Assembly (NCBI GenBank): GCA_963821525.1
Contig: CAWGED010000019.1
Location: forward strand, 160,001-224,000
Length of the DNA: 64,000 nucleotides
From: an uncultured Gemmatimonadales bacterium
GTDB taxonomy: Bacteria; Gemmatimonadota; Gemmatimonadetes; Gemmatimonadales; GWC2-71-9
Reading direction: 5' to 3'
Shown here: positions 62,296 through 64,000 of the stretch, piece by piece
Position numbering within the stretch: position 1 is the stretch's first letter
Layout of the letters: each line of letters starts with the position of its first letter
Notes under the pieces: generated by a model
The model's database searches: none
Seen by the model: the letters and a program-made list of their open reading frames with translations, nothing else
What the model was told of the DNA's origin: nothing
Position numbers and translations under genes: made by a program

Positions 62296-64000
62296 CTACA
62301 TCCTCGCTTCCATCCACGAATTGTTGCTCCGGTCCACGTCCGGCAGGGCTTCGTGCGGGTCCACGTCCACTCCGATAATGGGCCGGCCACCGGCTGCCCG
62401 ATAGGTGAAGTGGCTCCCCAGGTTCCACATGTCCACCGGCAGCTCGGACGAACTGGGTCTGCCCGTCAGCATAACGGAGCCGGATCTCGGCGGGCATCAC
62501 CATGGTCCCGCGGTTGGAGAGATAGACATTGGCGCCTCGATCCTCGGTCCGGACCACCGAGTCCACCGCCTGGTCGAGCCGCGCCGTCGTGTAGATCCAC
62601 CCCCGCCAGAACCAATCCAGGTCCATCCCGGACTCGTCCCGCATGATGCGGAAGAAATCCGCTGGTGTTGGATGCTTGAAGGCCCAGGCCTTGATGTAAG
62701 CTCGGAAGGCGGAATCGAACCGCGGCTTCCCGAGCACCTCGTAGCGCAGCATCTGCATCATCAGGGCCGGCTTCTGATACGCGGTCCAGAATAGATCGCG
62801 AGACTCGACCGGCCGGGTGATGAGAGGTTGTTCCTGGCCAACGCTTGGAGTGGTCGGGATAGAGATGGAGCGGATGAACCTCGATCGAATCTCCGTAGGG
62901 AGTCCCCTGGAAATACTTTGCCGCGTTGGCCAGATCGATAAAGGTATTGAACCCTTCATCCATCCACGGATAGAGCCGCTCGTTCGATCCCACGATCATC
63001 GGCACCCACTGGTGTCCGAGCTCGTGAGCCAGCACCCATTGCAGATCGATGCGCACCGGGCCGCTGGGGTCGAAGGTCATCATGGGATACTCCATTCCCT
63101 CGATGGGCCCTTCGATGCTGGAGATGTGAGCGTAGGGATAGGGGTACCACTGCTCGCTGTAGTACTTCACCGCCTCCCGCACCATGTGATTCGCCTCGGT
63201 CCAGAGCTGGGCCTGAGGCCGGTAGAAGGTGTGGACGTAGATCCCCTTGTAACCGCTCGCATCCCAACGGAAGTTGGGCGCCGCCGCGAAGGCGAAGTCC
63301 CGCACGCTGTCGGCGCTGAAACGCCAGGTGAGAGTGCCGCTGGTTGAGGGTCGGGTCTTGGCGGCGTCTCCCGCCTCGTCAGCGCTGATGATCGCGACTG
63401 TCGTGTCCGACGTCCGCGCCCTCGCCAGCCGAGCACGCTGAGTGGCGGTCAGCACGGTGAGGGGATTCTGCAGTCTTCCGGTCGCGGCGACGATGTAGGT
63501 GGCCGGCAGCGTGATGGACACATCGAAGCGCCCGTACTCGAGATAGAACTCTCCGGCGCCGATGTAGGGCTCGTGGTTCCAGCCCCGCACATCGTCGTAT
63601 ACCACCATTCGGGGATACCACTGGCCGAACTCATACAGCGTCCCATCGTGTCCCATCCGCCCGCCGCCGTAGTCGGGAACCGGGAACCGCCACCGCACCT
63701 CCAGATCAATCACACCTCCCGGCGGCAATGGCTTCGGCAGGTCCACGCGCATGGTGGTGCCGAAGACCTCACGCGGCAGTTCCCGGCCAAGGTTCCGCAC
63801 CGCTTCGAGCGTGAGCCCGCCCTGGAAGCCTTTGCATGAGAAATCAAAGACCGAGCCCAGGAACACGAGGGGCGGCTGGTTCAGCCGGTTGGTGACACTG
63901 CCGGCTTCGCACATGTTCTGTTCCAGGAACATCCAGAGGTAAGGCAGCGCGTCGGGCGAGCGGTTCACGTAGTGAATCGTCTCGGAGCCCTGCAGCTCGC
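62296..64000 (-). CDS. M1 family aminopeptidase (5' truncated by window edge; indels)
   Basis: GMEYPM, HELGHQW..WMDEG, YQKP, FKHPTPADFF. Confidence 0.92.

Noticed and set aside
698..64000. Frameshifts in many genes (act, pilT, glnA, amtB, gltB, gltA, speA and others) read as pseudogenes or programmed frameshifts
   Set aside because: They are scattered through core genes with intact catalytic motifs and no shared slippery signal; best explained as sequencing indels

Overview
GC-rich bacterial chromosomal segment, mostly housekeeping genes. Gene content suggests Gemmatimonadota (inference only). Many conserved genes are split by single-base indels, which looks like uncorrected long-read error rather than pseudogenisation. 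Main blocks: (1) a cupredoxin lipoprotein, a Cys-cluster protein, an ECF sigma/anti-sigma pair and an alternative complex III operon actABCDEF; (2) trmJ-like, pilT, dinB, Sel1 and Ser/Thr kinase genes; (3) a ~20 kb nitrogen-assimilation plus branched-chain amino-acid cluster (glnA, P-II, amtB, ilvD, leuA-ilvBNC-leuCDB, gltB); (4) TetR/acyl-CoA dehydrogenase/queF, peptidases, citrate synthase, SPFH/RHH, MarR/DoxX and speA. I recognised no rRNA, tRNA, CRISPR array or transposase. The most interesting signals are non-coding: an apparently leaderless 24-aa leader peptide with full attenuator architecture upstream of gltB, back-to-back with a Leu/Val/Ile attenuator for leuA; a terminator/antiterminator switch in the glnA leader; ARG-box-like operators shared across the cluster; Rex-type boxes shared by the ACIII operon and the cupredoxin gene; and about a dozen intergenic heptamer-repeat arrays, often as inverted arms around a hairpin.
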